This document shows positions 1 through 12,170 of a stretch of DNA of 64,000 bases, in pieces. Each line of letters starts with the position of its first letter. The stretch's first letter is position 1. The notes below the pieces were generated by a model. The model was not told where the DNA came from, did not search any database, and saw only the letters and a program-made list of their open reading frames with translations. The DNA is from Macrostomum lignano (lineage: Eukaryota): NCBI GenBank assembly GCA_002269645.1, contig NIVC01000365.1:62001-126000 (forward strand), in the 5' to 3' direction. The translations under genes and the position numbers were made by a program.

Positions 1-38
1 AAAACTCAATTTGGTCCATAACTTCATTTGCAACTGCT

Positions 39-350
39 GTGATGGAGCAAGATCAGTCCCGCAATTGTGGACCATATGCTAGGGCTAGGCTGTCGAACCA
101 TTGGCTTGCGATCGAAGCGCTCGACAGAGATGAAAACCCAAATGACATTGCAAGGCTGCTGAATGTAAAAGAAAATATGGTTTACAGCATCCACCAGTGT
201 GTTGAAACCACTGCCGGCAGAGATCGCCTGCGAAGAGGTGGCAATCGCCAAGACAAGTTGCGAGAGCCTCAGGTCCAACTGACTACTCGATGCAGTTGAG
301 ACAAATCCTTTGTTGACGGTGCAGAAGTGCAGCAGAAGTTGAAGGAACAG
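39..350 (+). mobile_element. Possible Tc1/mariner (IS630-like) transposase N-terminal remnant
   Basis: ORF 39-299 reads ALDRDENPNDIARLLNVKENMVYSI...RDRLRRGGNRQDKL, like the HTH plus GRPRK-type linker. Downstream in another frame is VETNPLLTV, like the second HTH. No catalytic DDE region or TIR was found. Confidence 0.35.
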
Positions 351-772
351 CTCCAGTTAGTTATCTGATTTCGAATATCAGCAAAGCTCTAGAAAAGCGA
401 CTGAAAATTGTTGGTAGAGACGCTGACATTCCAGCGGTACGCAATAACCAAATTGATTCTTGTTGGACCAAATTAAATGCCGCTGTGCCAGCCTCGCTAC
501 CATAGACAAAAACTCCGTTACATTGGCTAACCTATTTGGGATTAAATTCAATGCGCGTGGGCCCAGATGGGCTGCAAAAAGCTATACCTATTGAAGCTGC
601 CGGATGGTCAGTAGAAGCTGTTCCTGACTATGAAAGCCTTATAGTCTATGGTCGGTCCTGGTGACCGCGCTTTAGTGTGTGAACTAGGTTGACCCAATGG
701 AATCCAGGCGCGGTTAGCGGGACTGGCCATAAACTATGACACTGCCAGTTAAACCCATTTTTTCTATACAAT

Positions 773-1200
773 GGGTTGTAGCCTAGTGGTTAGAGCGGCG
801 GGCTCACGACTGAAAGGTTGGGGGTTCGATTCAAGACTTGGCTGTACTGGCGCACTTGTCCTACTTGAATCCAACGCAGCGCATATTCCACCCAGTATGC
901 CTTCCATCACTCGCACGCCTTCTCACTTAATAATCACCCGAGCCTGTCGGACTTGCTCGAGGCGTCGAGGGCCGGCTGTAAGGAATTATCCAGCGAATCT
1001 GAGGCCGCCTCCTCGCATCGAAGGGATTTGGGGTGGGTGGGTGGTGGTGTGGCTGGCGTGGATGAAGACGGGAAGAGGCACGCGCCTCCCTCCTGCGGCC
1101 CTGTCCTGCCTCGCGGCTGGGAGCCCTCATGTATCAGCCATCTCCCTGTCCAGCTCCCCACGAGAGACAGTCTGGGAGATCTTCCCCAGCAGCAACACTC
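773..1200 (+). mobile_element. tRNA-derived SINE-like element (tRNA-like head about 773-845)
   Basis: Pol III A box (TAGCCTAGTGGTTAGAGC, about 779-796) and B box (GGTTCGATTC, about 823-832) at tRNA spacing. The anticodon and acceptor stems do not pair properly, and about 350 nt of GC-rich non-tRNA body follows. The 3' end is approximate. Confidence 0.55.
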
Positions 1201-1654
1201 TTAGTATTAGTAATGAAAGTTTTTTAACCCCGTTGGTGAAAATTTGCTTCAACTGTCCCGAAAGGGCCAAGCAGCTGAGCAGATCAATTTGTACCCGGCA
1301 CTAATTGTCCGCATTGAATTCTTTCGCTTTTGTTGGCCCACATCCTCCCAAGGGAATTCCGAAACTTTGGGTCTCGTTTTATGACTCCGCCGGATACCCC
1401 CCCCCCCCAGAAAAGTTTTCTTCCCATGTTGGCCAAGAAGCGGATGAGGGCGGCCAGATCCCCCAATTTGCGTTGGGGATTTACTCGAATCTGCGCCCCG
1501 CCACACTTCTATCTATCCATCGGCCTGGTGGGCCTCTGCATCGATCCCTTTGCAATCAGGGACGGCTCCAGAGTCTGCCTTTCTGTCTCTGTCTGTCTTC
1601 AATAATATGGCCCCATTTCTCTGGCCATCTGAGTTGCACAGTTCTATGTTGCAC

Positions 1655-1656
<2 letters not shown>

Positions 1657-1701
<45 letters not shown>
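1657..1701. repeat. (CT)n microsatellite
   Basis: Direct reading. Confidence 0.95.
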
Positions 1702-1705
<4 letters not shown>

Positions 1706-2392
1706 CATTGTGTCGCAGGTAGAGCGGCGCTTTGATTCTGCCGCCTTGCAGCATATCTGTTTTCAGTTTCGTGTTAGAATGAATACGGTAGCAACAATAG
1801 CAGTTACATAATAAATCTTAACTCCTTTTATGGAGGCTCCGTGCTCAAGTGGCGCCAGTCCTGGTCTGGCGGCCTACGCGTTTTTGGTTTTGTTAAATTT
1901 CTTTTTCAACTCGAGCCCTTGGGGCAGTATAAGATATTTATGGGAAATGTCTCTGTGTTGCATTCGTTTAGAGATGAGATGGGATACGTCAGATATTATT
2001 ATTATTATGTGCGGGATTTTGCTCAGCCTTTTATTCAGCTCAAGTCGTGCTGAGTAAAGCAGCATTCATCCATTCTTCCATTCATTCCTGTCTGATTCCT
2101 AAAAGATCCCATATAGCTATAGAGAGCAACTGCTATCCTCATTTGGCATCAACTTCCTGTTGGAGCGTTGCTTTGGCCCGGAGTTTGAGGAGGGATGCTG
2201 GCTGGGCTGTGGTGGGTGGCCTAGTCAGGGAGACCCGGGACTGAGGATCTGGAGTGCCGAGTCCAAACTCTGTTAAAAGTCAAAAGTTGAAAGTTGATAT
2301 TATTAAATGTTCTTCATTTATTTTAACGACACAGCATGAAACTGGTCTATCCAGCTTGCCAGCAGGCCATTTGCCAGCTTTTATAAGCAGAA

Positions 2393-2528
2393 GTCTGGCT
2401 GGCAAATGTCTAGCTGGCAAATGTCTAGTTGGCAAGTGTCTAGCTGGCAAATGTCTGACTGGCAAATGTCTAGCTGGCAAATGTCTGACTGGCAAATGTC
2501 TAGCTGGCAAATGTCTGACTGGCAAATG
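2393..2528. repeat. 15-bp tandem repeat (CTGGCAAATGTCTAG/GA)
   Basis: About 9 copies; gives the GKCLA/GKCLT pseudo-ORFs. Confidence 0.9.
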
Positions 2529-4176
2529 AGGTACACTGTGTTAGGGCTATAAGTCTGTCAAGGATTGGGAACTCAAGGATGCGAGGGTTCGTAGAGTGAA
2601 GAGGCTGGCAATGCCAAATTCTAGTATGCGATCTCCCCTGACCCCATTGCTCTTCCCCTGCTGGCTACTTCCGGTGCCTCATCGTGAAGAAAGACTGGCT
2701 ATTGTTGTGCAGATTCAATGCTTCATTTTAACTAATGCCTTATATTATAGTACTGCTATGCAATCATGATTTTATATGAATGGCGTTCTGGCTGTCAAAA
2801 GATAAATTATTTTTTTTCAAAAAAAATTATAGCAAACTCATCACCGCACACCCGCCCTGATTCTAGCCTGAGAGTGAGGACAGGCTCAAGCAGATGCAGC
2901 TCATGGAGGTGGCCGTGCTCAATGGTAAATTGGTTGACAACCGTCTCAGCTGCTGTTCTGAGCGCTCAATATGTACTTACATGTAGATTGGTTGGTCTAA
3001 CAACACGCGATCAGTCAGTTGTGTTCTCTACTCACTACATGTACTCTGCGGTCTCTGTAACCCCAATGTATGCTTCTTAATCTTAATCTTGTTGCTACAA
3101 GCATTTATGCAGCATTAACCCTCTGATTGCGAGATAATGCAACTGGGGGGCCCGTCACCAGTGCTCTGGCTTTATTGCACATTGAATTCCGGAGAGCTTA
3201 ACAAGCTGTCTCGGTTCAGTGACCAGGCCAAATCTGCTCTTAAACCTTCTGCTTATTTTCAACTAATTTTGAGTGCCTTTTTTTGTAAACATTGTAAACT
3301 GTTTTTTTTCAACTGGGACTGCTTCTGGCATTGCATTTTTAAACCAAAATTATTCTCGCTTCATACTGCACATTGTGAGCAGGGTGACCCGAGTCTGAAG
3401 CCTCTCATTGTTCCACCCGCGTGCCAAGCCCAGCAAGCTGCTCAGGAGACACCAGCTAAAACTATAAAGCCTTCAATTCATTCTCTCTCTCTCCGCAGCG
3501 CGCTCGGATGTGCTGCATCATTCGAATAATAAAGATAGAGAGGGAAATTGAGAGAGAAAAGCCTCGAAATTCGTGCCAGCGCCTGCTCACAGCCTGCTTG
3601 CCCAGCGTGCCTTTAATAAAACTTGAGCCTGCCTGCTGTGCTTGTTGAGAGGGGTGGGGGCTTGGCAACTAAGCGAATGAAGTTTTAGTTTCTGCGGGTG
3701 GCGCCGCTGCGGGGGGGGGACACCACAGTGCTGAGAGTGTGGCCTCTCTGTGCGCATGGGCTGTGTCTGTATGATTACTTGACTCTGCGCTGCGGCTTGA
3801 GATTGAGTTGGTTAACAATTCGGGTTTGTGAGAAATAGCATATGAAAGAGAGGGGTTGAGAGGGTCCACTAGGGCCGTCCTAGGTTTGCGTATTTGCGAC
3901 GGAAAAAATGCGAGAATTCATTATTATTAATGAGAGTTTCATTATTTCGATTCACAATATGCCCGGTTTTGGGAGGAAACAAACCGCATTTTAACTTTGC
4001 TTTGCTTGTTAATTTACTAAGATTTATTGCTTTTAGTTATTTGTATGTGCCAACTGCATTGATGGGGAGGGGTTGGGCAGTCCAGTTTCTCGCCTAGCTT
4101 GTACCGTATCAGTCCCAGCGGTCCATGAGCGCGGCCTGAGAGTCAGCAGACTGTCGAATTCATTGCGTGTTTACAG

Positions 4177-5700
4177 CCAGACGGCGAGGACGACCTGAAG
4201 AAGAAGCAGCTGATGGAGCTGGCCATTATCAATGGCACCTATAGGGACACCAGTAAGAAAGGCGGCGGCGGCGGCGGCTCGTCCAGCTCTGCTGGAGGGC
4301 AGTCGGCGGCTGCTGGCGGCGACAATCCCGCAGCTGCCGCTGCTGCCGCCGCTTCGCTGCACTCAACCGCCTCCTTGGCGTTGCGTAAGCGCTGCATGCA
4401 AGACCCCTTCCCGTGTTCCTCTTCTCTAACCTCAGCATGTGTTGTCCAATGCGACTACCTGACTGCTACAAATGCATGTTGTGCACTCTTCTGCACTTGC
4501 GCAAGCCTGTGTAGCTTTTAGTTGTTTCTATGATAAGTGCTCTGAATTTTAGTTCGAGCATTCGGGGCTATTTTCCGCTCCTTTCCTCTCAGCTGTCTGC
4601 CTTCCAGCTCTCAGCTGTCTCCCTTCCAGCTCTCAGCTGTCTCCCTTCCAGCTCTCAGCTGTCTCCCTTCCAGCTCTCAGCTGTCTCCCTTCCAGCTCTC
4701 AACTGTCTCCCTTCCATCTCTCAGCTGTCTCCCATCTCTCAGCTGTCTGTCTCCCTTCCAGCTCTCAACTGTCTCCCTTCCAGCTCTCAGCTGTCTCCCT
4801 TCCAGCTCTCAGCTGTCTCCCTTCCAGCTCTCAGCTGTCTCCCTTCCATCTCTCAGCTGTCTCCCTTCCATCTCTCAGCTGTCTCCCTTCCATCTCTCAG
4901 CTGTCTCCCTTCCATCTCTCAGCTGTCTCCCTTCCATCTCTCAGCTGTCTCCCTTCCATCTCTCAGCTGTCTCCCTTCCATCTCTCAGCTGTCTCCCTTC
5001 CAGTTATCAGCTGTCTCCCTTCCAGCTCTCAGCTGTCTCCCTTCCAGCTCTCAGCTGTCTCCCTTCCAGCTCCCAGCTGTCTCTTTTTTCCTCTGCTTCT
5101 ATTCTCCCCACCCTCTCGGCCTCACTCTTAAACCTTTTATTCTCAACATCCGCTGTGTCTACGTCCGCTGTCTCCGTAATCCACCTTTCCGCAGTTGAAG
5201 TGCAGTTCTGGAGTAAGTTACTATAGTTAGTAGTTTATTTCCTGCCAACTGTTTTGGACTCAATCGGCGGCTAGCTATCTATGAATAATATCAGCATGCA
5301 GAATAAATAATATTTCGCTTGCTGTCATGCTGTTTTTATGTTGATTTCTTTGCACAGTCAGTGTCGTATCTTCTGTCCAGCTAAATGCTGACAATTTTTA
5401 GTCAAAAACTCCCTTTCCGCACCTCCGCATATCCGATCATAAAAATTTTACTTATAACTGTAGTAGACGTGCCATTGCAGGGTATGAACAGTTTATACAC
5501 ATTTCTTATGTAGGATTTCACTCATAACTTTGGTACTTTTTTATATTACCTTGCTTACAGCCAGTTCTTGAGGTAAGTATCATAATTTGATGGAAGGTAA
5601 AATTTTTCTCGTGCTAGTTTCATACCTAAATTTTATTGGGATGACTTCCACTCTGACTATGCTTTTCCACCGCTTCTCTGTTTTGTTCTGTCTGTCTGTC

Positions 5701-5735
<35 letters not shown>

Positions 5736-5840
5736 GACTGTCTGTCTGTCTCTCTGTCTGTCTGTCTCTCTGTCTGTCTGTCTCTCTGTCTGTCTGTCTG
5801 TCTGTCTGTCTGACTGTCTGTCTGTCTGACTGTCTGTCTC

Positions 5841-5875
<35 letters not shown>

Positions 5876-6020
5876 GACTGTCTGTCTGTCTGTCTGTCTG
5901 TCTGACTGTCTGTCTGTCTGACTGTCTGTCTCTCTGTCTGTCTGTCTGTCTGTCTGTCTGACTGTCTGTCTCTCTGTCTGTCTGTCTCTCTGTCTGTCTG
6001 TCTCTCTGTCTGTCTGTCTC

Positions 6021-6051
<31 letters not shown>

Positions 6052-6054
6052 GAC

Positions 6055-6119
<65 letters not shown>

Positions 6120-9100
6120 GACTGTCTGTCTGTCTGACTGACTGTCTGTCTCTCTGTCTGTCTGTCTGCCCGCGTCGCACCTACTGCACAGCCCCATCAT
6201 TAGCGGCCCTGCATGGCGGATGAAGATGGTGGAGCCTCAATTCCCGCAGACAGGCGACCGCTGCCCTGGCTGTGCAATATTGGCCCCGCTTTAAAAATTA
6301 GGGAGATTGCGCCCCTTCCCTTTTTTCGTCATCAGCGACGGCCGTGCGGCTTCCTGCGGCCCGTTCCGGTTGCGGAGGGGATATTTCTCCCAAACCCCAT
6401 CAACTTTTGCCTGTCCAGCCTCTCGGATTCCAACAGCCCGCCATCCGCCCCTCCTGTTGCCGCCCGAAAGAGGGGGGGTAAAGTTGTCCCTCTCCACAGC
6501 TGTTTCCGGGGCGTTGCTATGGTTGGGGAGCTAAACCGTGAGAGAGGAGGTGAGGGCCCCGGATGAAGCACCGGGGAGGCTGCCCGATTTTTTAACGCCG
6601 CTCTTTTCAAGCCCGACTGCCGCCGCCACGCTTGCCTGGGCAGCCCACCCCCCCCCCCCCCTCATTTTCAGCCTATTAGTGTTAAAAACACCGCGATGGC
6701 GGGTTCCCTGCATCCTGGGTGCTTCTTCTGCGGGTGAAACCCCAGCCTGCCTGCCAATATTGCCGATTTTACTGAACATGAACCGGGCAGGAAGGGCCAG
6801 CTGACGTTGTCGCGACTTTCTTCAAAATAATAGATGCCTATATATATACTGTATGCTGGCTAGGAGTGCCGCTTGTCCCCGTCCGTCCCTGGGATCCCCG
6901 ACTTCTCCCCCTTGTGGCAAAGTCTTTTCCTGGGCTTTCAACTCGCACCCCTCCTCTGGTCTTTGAAGTATTTTAGCAACTGGTCCGACTGGCTGGACTC
7001 TGGCTTCTTTTAGCGTGTAATGGCTCAGTATCTGATTGCGAGCCACAGAAAGCAGATATGATGCTCTGGGGAACTTTGTGTGAAAGATCTGGAGAGGCTT
7101 GGGGTGACAGTATACTGGATAAAGTAACAGACCAGATAAGTTTAGAGTGACAGTATACTAGATAAGCTTAGAGTGACAGTATACTAGATATGCTTAGAGT
7201 GACAGTATACTAGATAAGCTTGGAGTGACAGTATACTAGATAAGCTTGGAGTGACAGTATACTAGATATGCTTAGGGTGACAGTATACTAGATAAGCTTG
7301 GAGTGACAGTATACTAGATAAGCTTAGAGTGACAGTACACTAGATAAGCTTAGAGTGACAGTATACTAGATAAGCTTGGAGTGACAGTATACTAGATAAG
7401 CTTGGAGTGACAGTATACTAGATAAGCTTAGAGTGACAGTACACTAGATAAGCTTAGAGTGACAGTATACTAGATAAGCTTGGAGTGACAGTATACTAGA
7501 TAAGCTTAGAGTGACAGTATACTAGATAAGCTTAGAGTGACAGTATACTAGATAAGCTTAGAGTGACAGTATACTAGATAAGCTTAGGGTGACAGTATAC
7601 TAGATAAGCTTAGAGTGACAGTATACTAGATAAGCTTGGAGTGACAGTACACTAGATAAGCTTAGAGTTACAGATACAGCTTAGAGTGACAGAAGCCAGA
7701 TTGGCTTAGGGTGACAGAGACCCAGAGAAGCTTAGTGAGAAAGCAGACAGCTCCAGAGGCCAGGGAGAGTGGTGCAGAGCAGGTCAACCTTGACTGGCCG
7801 TGGCTGAGGCTCGCCGCCCCAGTCAAGCAGAATTGGTTTCGCGCGGCCTGTGCAATTATTTTAGCAAAGGAATTAATTAAAGGTTTCGCCGCCCACACCA
7901 GAATGCACGGGCGGTGGGGGACTGTCAGCTACTAATAGTGTAAGAAGTTTTAGGTTTTGCCAGAGCTTAAGGGCAGTCCGGCCACCCTAGCCGGGGTCGG
8001 TTTGCCGATTTTCCAATTTCACATTTCAGCGGCTTGCTGCCGCTATGCCAATTTTCATAGATCTGCGCGTTTCTTTTTTGTCTTCTTCCGCCCAGATTTG
8101 TCGGCGCTGGACTGAAACGGATTTCTTTCACTTTGCGCATGAACTGGCGGCGGAATTGGCGTCAGAATGCATTCGATTGTTTAAATTCAATAACCGTTGA
8201 TTCGCTTTTTTGACATTGCAAATGCGGATTACTTTTTACTGCGCTACTGTTAGTAGGCTTCATGCGCGCTTTGTCAGTATTTTCTATCAGTAGTAGAATT
8301 AAATAAATGCAGACACTCAGTGAGCCAGCAGCGCCAAGTCCGCGCCCCCATTCGCGCCATCCGCAGAGACCAACCGGGCGCCCTCCCTGATGCCTGCAGG
8401 CCACGCCGGGCTGCCCCTGTCGGCTGCCGCCGCGCCGCACTTCCTGCGCCTGCCAGCCAACCACCCGCTGGCCGCCGCAGCAGCGGCCGCCGCCGGCGGC
8501 TCCCCATCATGCTGGCGCCGGGCCTGGCGCGAGGCCTGCACGGCTTGACGCCGCAGCAGCAGCAGGCGGCGGTCCAGGCGCACCACCACCCGCAGGCGCA
8601 GCTTCTCCAGGGCGGCGGCGGCGACTCCGCTGCTGCCGCCGCGGCAGCCGCCCAGCTGCTGAACTACCCGATGGTGTCGGCAGCCGACTACTCCTACCTG
8701 CTGGCTGTCAGCGCCGCGTCTGGCCTCATGGGTCCTGGTGGCTCCGACCCCACCATGGCCGCCGCTGCCGCCGCCGCAGCCGCCGCAGCCGGTGGAATTT
8801 ATCCCGGTGCCGGCGCCGCGGGGCTCGAGCTCAGCCAGTCAGGTACGGCCGCCGCTCCCGCTGGCTTCTTTTTCCCCGCCCTGTCCCAGCCGCAGGGCCA
8901 GCAGCAGCAGCCGCAGGGCCTGCAGCAGCAGCATCACCAGTCCATGCCGCCGCCCCCGCTGCCTCCGCCCGGGTTCGGCCTGAATGGCAGCGGCCCCGGC
9001 CTGCCGAAGCCCGCCAGTCAGGCCCGCTTTCGTTGGGCCGGCCTTGGGGCTGGCGGCATGGCCTGAGTGGGCGGTGCGACTCAGGGCGCTGGGGAATAGA

Positions 9101-12100
9101 GCATACCATTGGTAGACAGTGTCACACTCCCCAGACCATTGGTAGACAGTGTCACACTCCCCAGACCATTGGTAGGTAGTGGCCACACTCCCCAGGCCAT
9201 TGGTAGACAGTGTCGCACTCCCCAGACCATTGGTAGACAGTGTCACGCTCCCCAGGCCATCGGTAAACAGTGTCGCACTCCCCAGGCCATTGGTAAACAG
9301 TGTCGCACTCCCCAGGCCATTGGTAGACATTGTCGCACTCCCCAGACCATTGGTAGACAGTGTCGCACTCCCCAGACCATTGGTAGACAGTGTCGCACTC
9401 CCCAGGCCATTGGTAGACATTGTCGCACTCCCCAGACCATTGGTAGACAGTGTCGCACTCCCCAGACCATTGGTAGACAGTGTCGCACTCCCCAGACCAT
9501 TGGTAGACAGTGTCACACTCCCCAGACCATTGGTAGGTAGTGGCCACACTCCCAAGACCATTGGTAGGTAGTGGCCACACTCCCAAGACCATTGGTATGT
9601 AGTGGCCACACTCCCCAGACCATTGGTAGGTAGTGGCCACACTCCCCAGACCATTGGTAGGCAGTGCCGCGCTCCCCAGGCCAGTGGTAGGCTCTATTTC
9701 CCGGATGTCACTGCTGCTGGCTGCTAGAGCTGGGGCCAGTTGTCAGGTTTCAGGCCATAAAAAGTACTGCATGGTCACCGAACAGAATTTTAAGCAGTGT
9801 TGCCAGCCAGACTCACCGAGTACAAATCGATCATTAGAGTCACAAGTCAAATATATCTATTTTTTCTAAGTTTTTTTCTCCGTCAGCCTTTCCTTGCCAT
9901 TGACGACTCGAATCCGGGCTTAGGAGGGAATGGCTGATTTTTTCCAGTGTAGTCGTCAGCGTCTGATTTGTCAATTTTAGGCCGAAAATGTCTGCCAGTT
10001 TGCTATTAGTAGTACAATTCACTTTTTTAGTTTTGGAATTTTTAGCCTTCCATTAATTTTATTTGACTATACTTTTTACTGTTCTCTAGCGAGTCCTGCG
10101 GATCTCGAATGTACTTTTATTTGCGCCACGAGTTTCTACTGTTGCACCTGCCGCCTGTTGCCGTATTATTTATTTATCCACTCGCATGCCTCACTTACTA
10201 CTCATTATCGCCCCATATTTAGAACTGTGATTTTTATTTTTGCTGTCTCAGCATTGCGTCATGTGGCCTTCTATACCATACTTTTATGCTGTTAGTCATG
10301 TGAATTTCTGAGTCGGTTTTGCTGATTGATTACGCTCGTAAATTATTCCTGAATTTTTTGAAATCAATATTTTCGTTCAACTGTAGATTTGCTCTGCTTT
10401 TCTGTTGGCTTGCTGTGCTGTTTTTGATCTTCCGTCTCTTATCTGCGTCTGTCTTCCGCTGGCTCGCGTCGACTTGCAGAGCTTTGTGTTGACCTATCTT
10501 TGTTATTGTTGAGCTGTAACCCCTGCTGAGCACTGCTAATTAATTAATTAATTACCCACGTTGCACTGTGCACCGCCGGCTCCGTGCTGCCAATGTCTGC
10601 GAGTTTTCGGCTGGTGTCCCGGATCCCCTCCCAGATGCTCAGTTGCTGGGCCAGCCTCCCAGATCCTCAGTTGCTGGGCCAGCCTCCCAGATGCTCAGTT
10701 GCTGGGCCAGCCTCCCAGATGCTCAGTTGCTGGGCCAGCCTCCCAGATGCTCAGTTGCTGGGCCAGCCTCCCAGATGCTCAGTTGCTGGGCCAGCCTCCC
10801 AGATGCTCAGTTGCTGGGCCAGCCTCCCAGATGCTCAGTTGCTGGGCCAGCCTCCCAGATGCTCAGTTGCTGGGCCAGCCTCCCAGATGCTCAGTTGCTG
10901 GGCCAGCCTCCCAGATGCTCAGTTGCTGGGCCAGCCTCCCAGATGCTCAGTTGCTGGGCCAGCCTCCCAGATGCTCAGTTGCTGGGCCAGCCTCCCAGAT
11001 GCTCAGTTGCTGGGCCAGCCTCCCAGATGCTCAGTTGCTGGGCCAGCCTCCCAGATGCTCAGTTGCTGGGCCAGCCTCCCAGATGCTCAGTTGCTGGGCC
11101 AGCCTCCCAGATGCTCAGTTGCTGGGCCAGCCTCCCAGATGCTCAGTTGCTGGGCCAGCCTCCCAGATCCTCAGTTGCTGGGCCAGCCTCCCAGATGCTC
11201 AGTTGCTGGGCCAGCCTCCCAGATGCTCAGTTGCTGGGCCAGCCTCCCAGATGCTCAGTTGCTGGGCCAGCCTCCCAGATGCTCAGTTGCTGGGCCAGCC
11301 TCCCAGATGCTCAGTTGCTGGGCCAGCCTCCCAGATGCTCAGTTGCTGGGCCAGCCTCCCAGATGCTCAGTTGCTGGGCCAGCCTCCCAGATGCTCAGTT
11401 GCTGGGCCAGCCTCCCAGATCCTCAGTTGCTGGGCCAGCCTCCCAGATCCTCAGTTGCTGGGCCAGCCTCGCAGACCCGCAGACTCGGCAGCCACTTTAA
11501 TTTAGAAGTTGTAAGTAGCGAGTACACGCGTAACACAAAGATTGCACTTGTCTAAAAATTAGAATGTTTAACTTTTTGCCTACTCAGTCACAGCTCACCC
11601 AGTTTTTAGGATATTTTCTAGCCCAAATCTTTAACCAGACACGCACTAATGCTATTAGAATTTGGTAGGCATAACCATCTCAGCCAAAGCTTGGAATAAC
11701 CCCAATTTCGAATTCATCAAATTAAAAATCAAACAGTATTTTTTTGCGTTGGAAAATCAGTAACTTTTCAAATATTTTTCTCCTTTAAAACACCTGGAAT
11801 CTTCACCAGTGCATTTAACAGCGGGTAGCTCTTGTGCCTCGGTTGTTTCAGCTTGTCCTATCAAACTACTACTGCAAGTATTATCTGCTGTTCAGTTTTT
11901 TTTACTGTGTCAATCATATGGCTGTGCTCCGGAAATTACCGCAACACGCGTTTTTGTTTTATTAATACAATCAATCTCTCTGCCGAGCACACTGCTGCCA
12001 CCCCCAGCTCTCTCGCAGATCTCCAGACTTTTATTCATTTGAGTAGCCGCTAGCTGTGACGCAATCATCCTCACGCTCTCTCTCTAATCGTGCTTATAGG

Positions 12101-12170
12101 TCCGATGAAGGCCAGGCCGGGTGCCTCCGCCAGCCTCAGAGCTCATCCGTATAGCAGGCCGGGAGTGTAG
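4177..12170 (+). CDS. qki: Quaking/held-out-wings (STAR/GSG family) RNA-binding protein, 3' exons; the KH domain lies upstream of the window
   Basis: Exon 4177-4384 (ttacag|...|gtaagc) encodes [24 protein letters not shown], matching the QUA2 signature of QKI/How/GLD-1. Exon 8321-8842 (actcag|...|gtacgg) is Ala/Gln-rich with [14 protein letters not shown]. Terminal exon 12100-12170 (ttatag|) encodes [23 protein letters not shown], with the R-x-HPY-x-R tail of QKI-5/How(L). All three junctions are phase 1 and consistent. Confidence 0.9.
4590..5082. repeat. 22-bp intronic minisatellite (TCTCAGCTGTCTCCCTTCCAGC)
   Basis: About 22 copies in the qki intron; ORF 4530-5198 is a read-through of it. 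Confidence 0.95.
5686..6168. repeat. (TGTC)n / (TCTG)n microsatellite
   Basis: Direct reading; gives the RQTD pseudo-ORFs. Confidence 0.95.
7100..7700. repeat. 26-bp minisatellite (GAGTGACAGTATACTAGATAAGCTTA)
   Basis: About 22 near-identical copies with no spacers. Confidence 0.95.
8843..9066 (+). CDS. qki: Alternative C-terminus of the Quaking homolog by read-through of the 8842 donor
   Basis: The frame stays open for 74 more codons ([12 protein letters not shown]...GAGGMA*) with the same GC-rich, Gln/Pro-rich exon-like composition. Confidence 0.55.
9105..9680. repeat. 30-bp minisatellite (CCATTGGTAGACAGTGTCGCACTCCCCAGA)
   Basis: About 19 copies starting about 40 nt after the read-through stop codon. 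Confidence 0.95.
10626..11470. repeat. 28-bp minisatellite (CCTCCCAGATGCTCAGTTGCTGGGCCAG)
   Basis: About 30 almost identical copies. All three + frames are open with a 28-aa period, as expected for a stop-free 28-bp unit. Confidence 0.95.

Noticed and set aside
773-845. Functional tRNA gene
   Set aside because: A and B boxes are present, but the anticodon and acceptor stems do not pair and there is no nearby poly-T terminator.
6200-6805. GC-rich intronic block with an 11-bp inverted repeat (6274/6753) as a MITE or hidden exon
   Set aside because: The repeat is mostly a short palindrome; there are no convincing terminal repeats or target-site duplication, and the qki phases are complete without an extra exon.
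10561-11555. Three overlapping ORFs of more than 300 aa
   Set aside because: A 28-bp stop-free unit keeps all frames open; it lies in the last qki intron.
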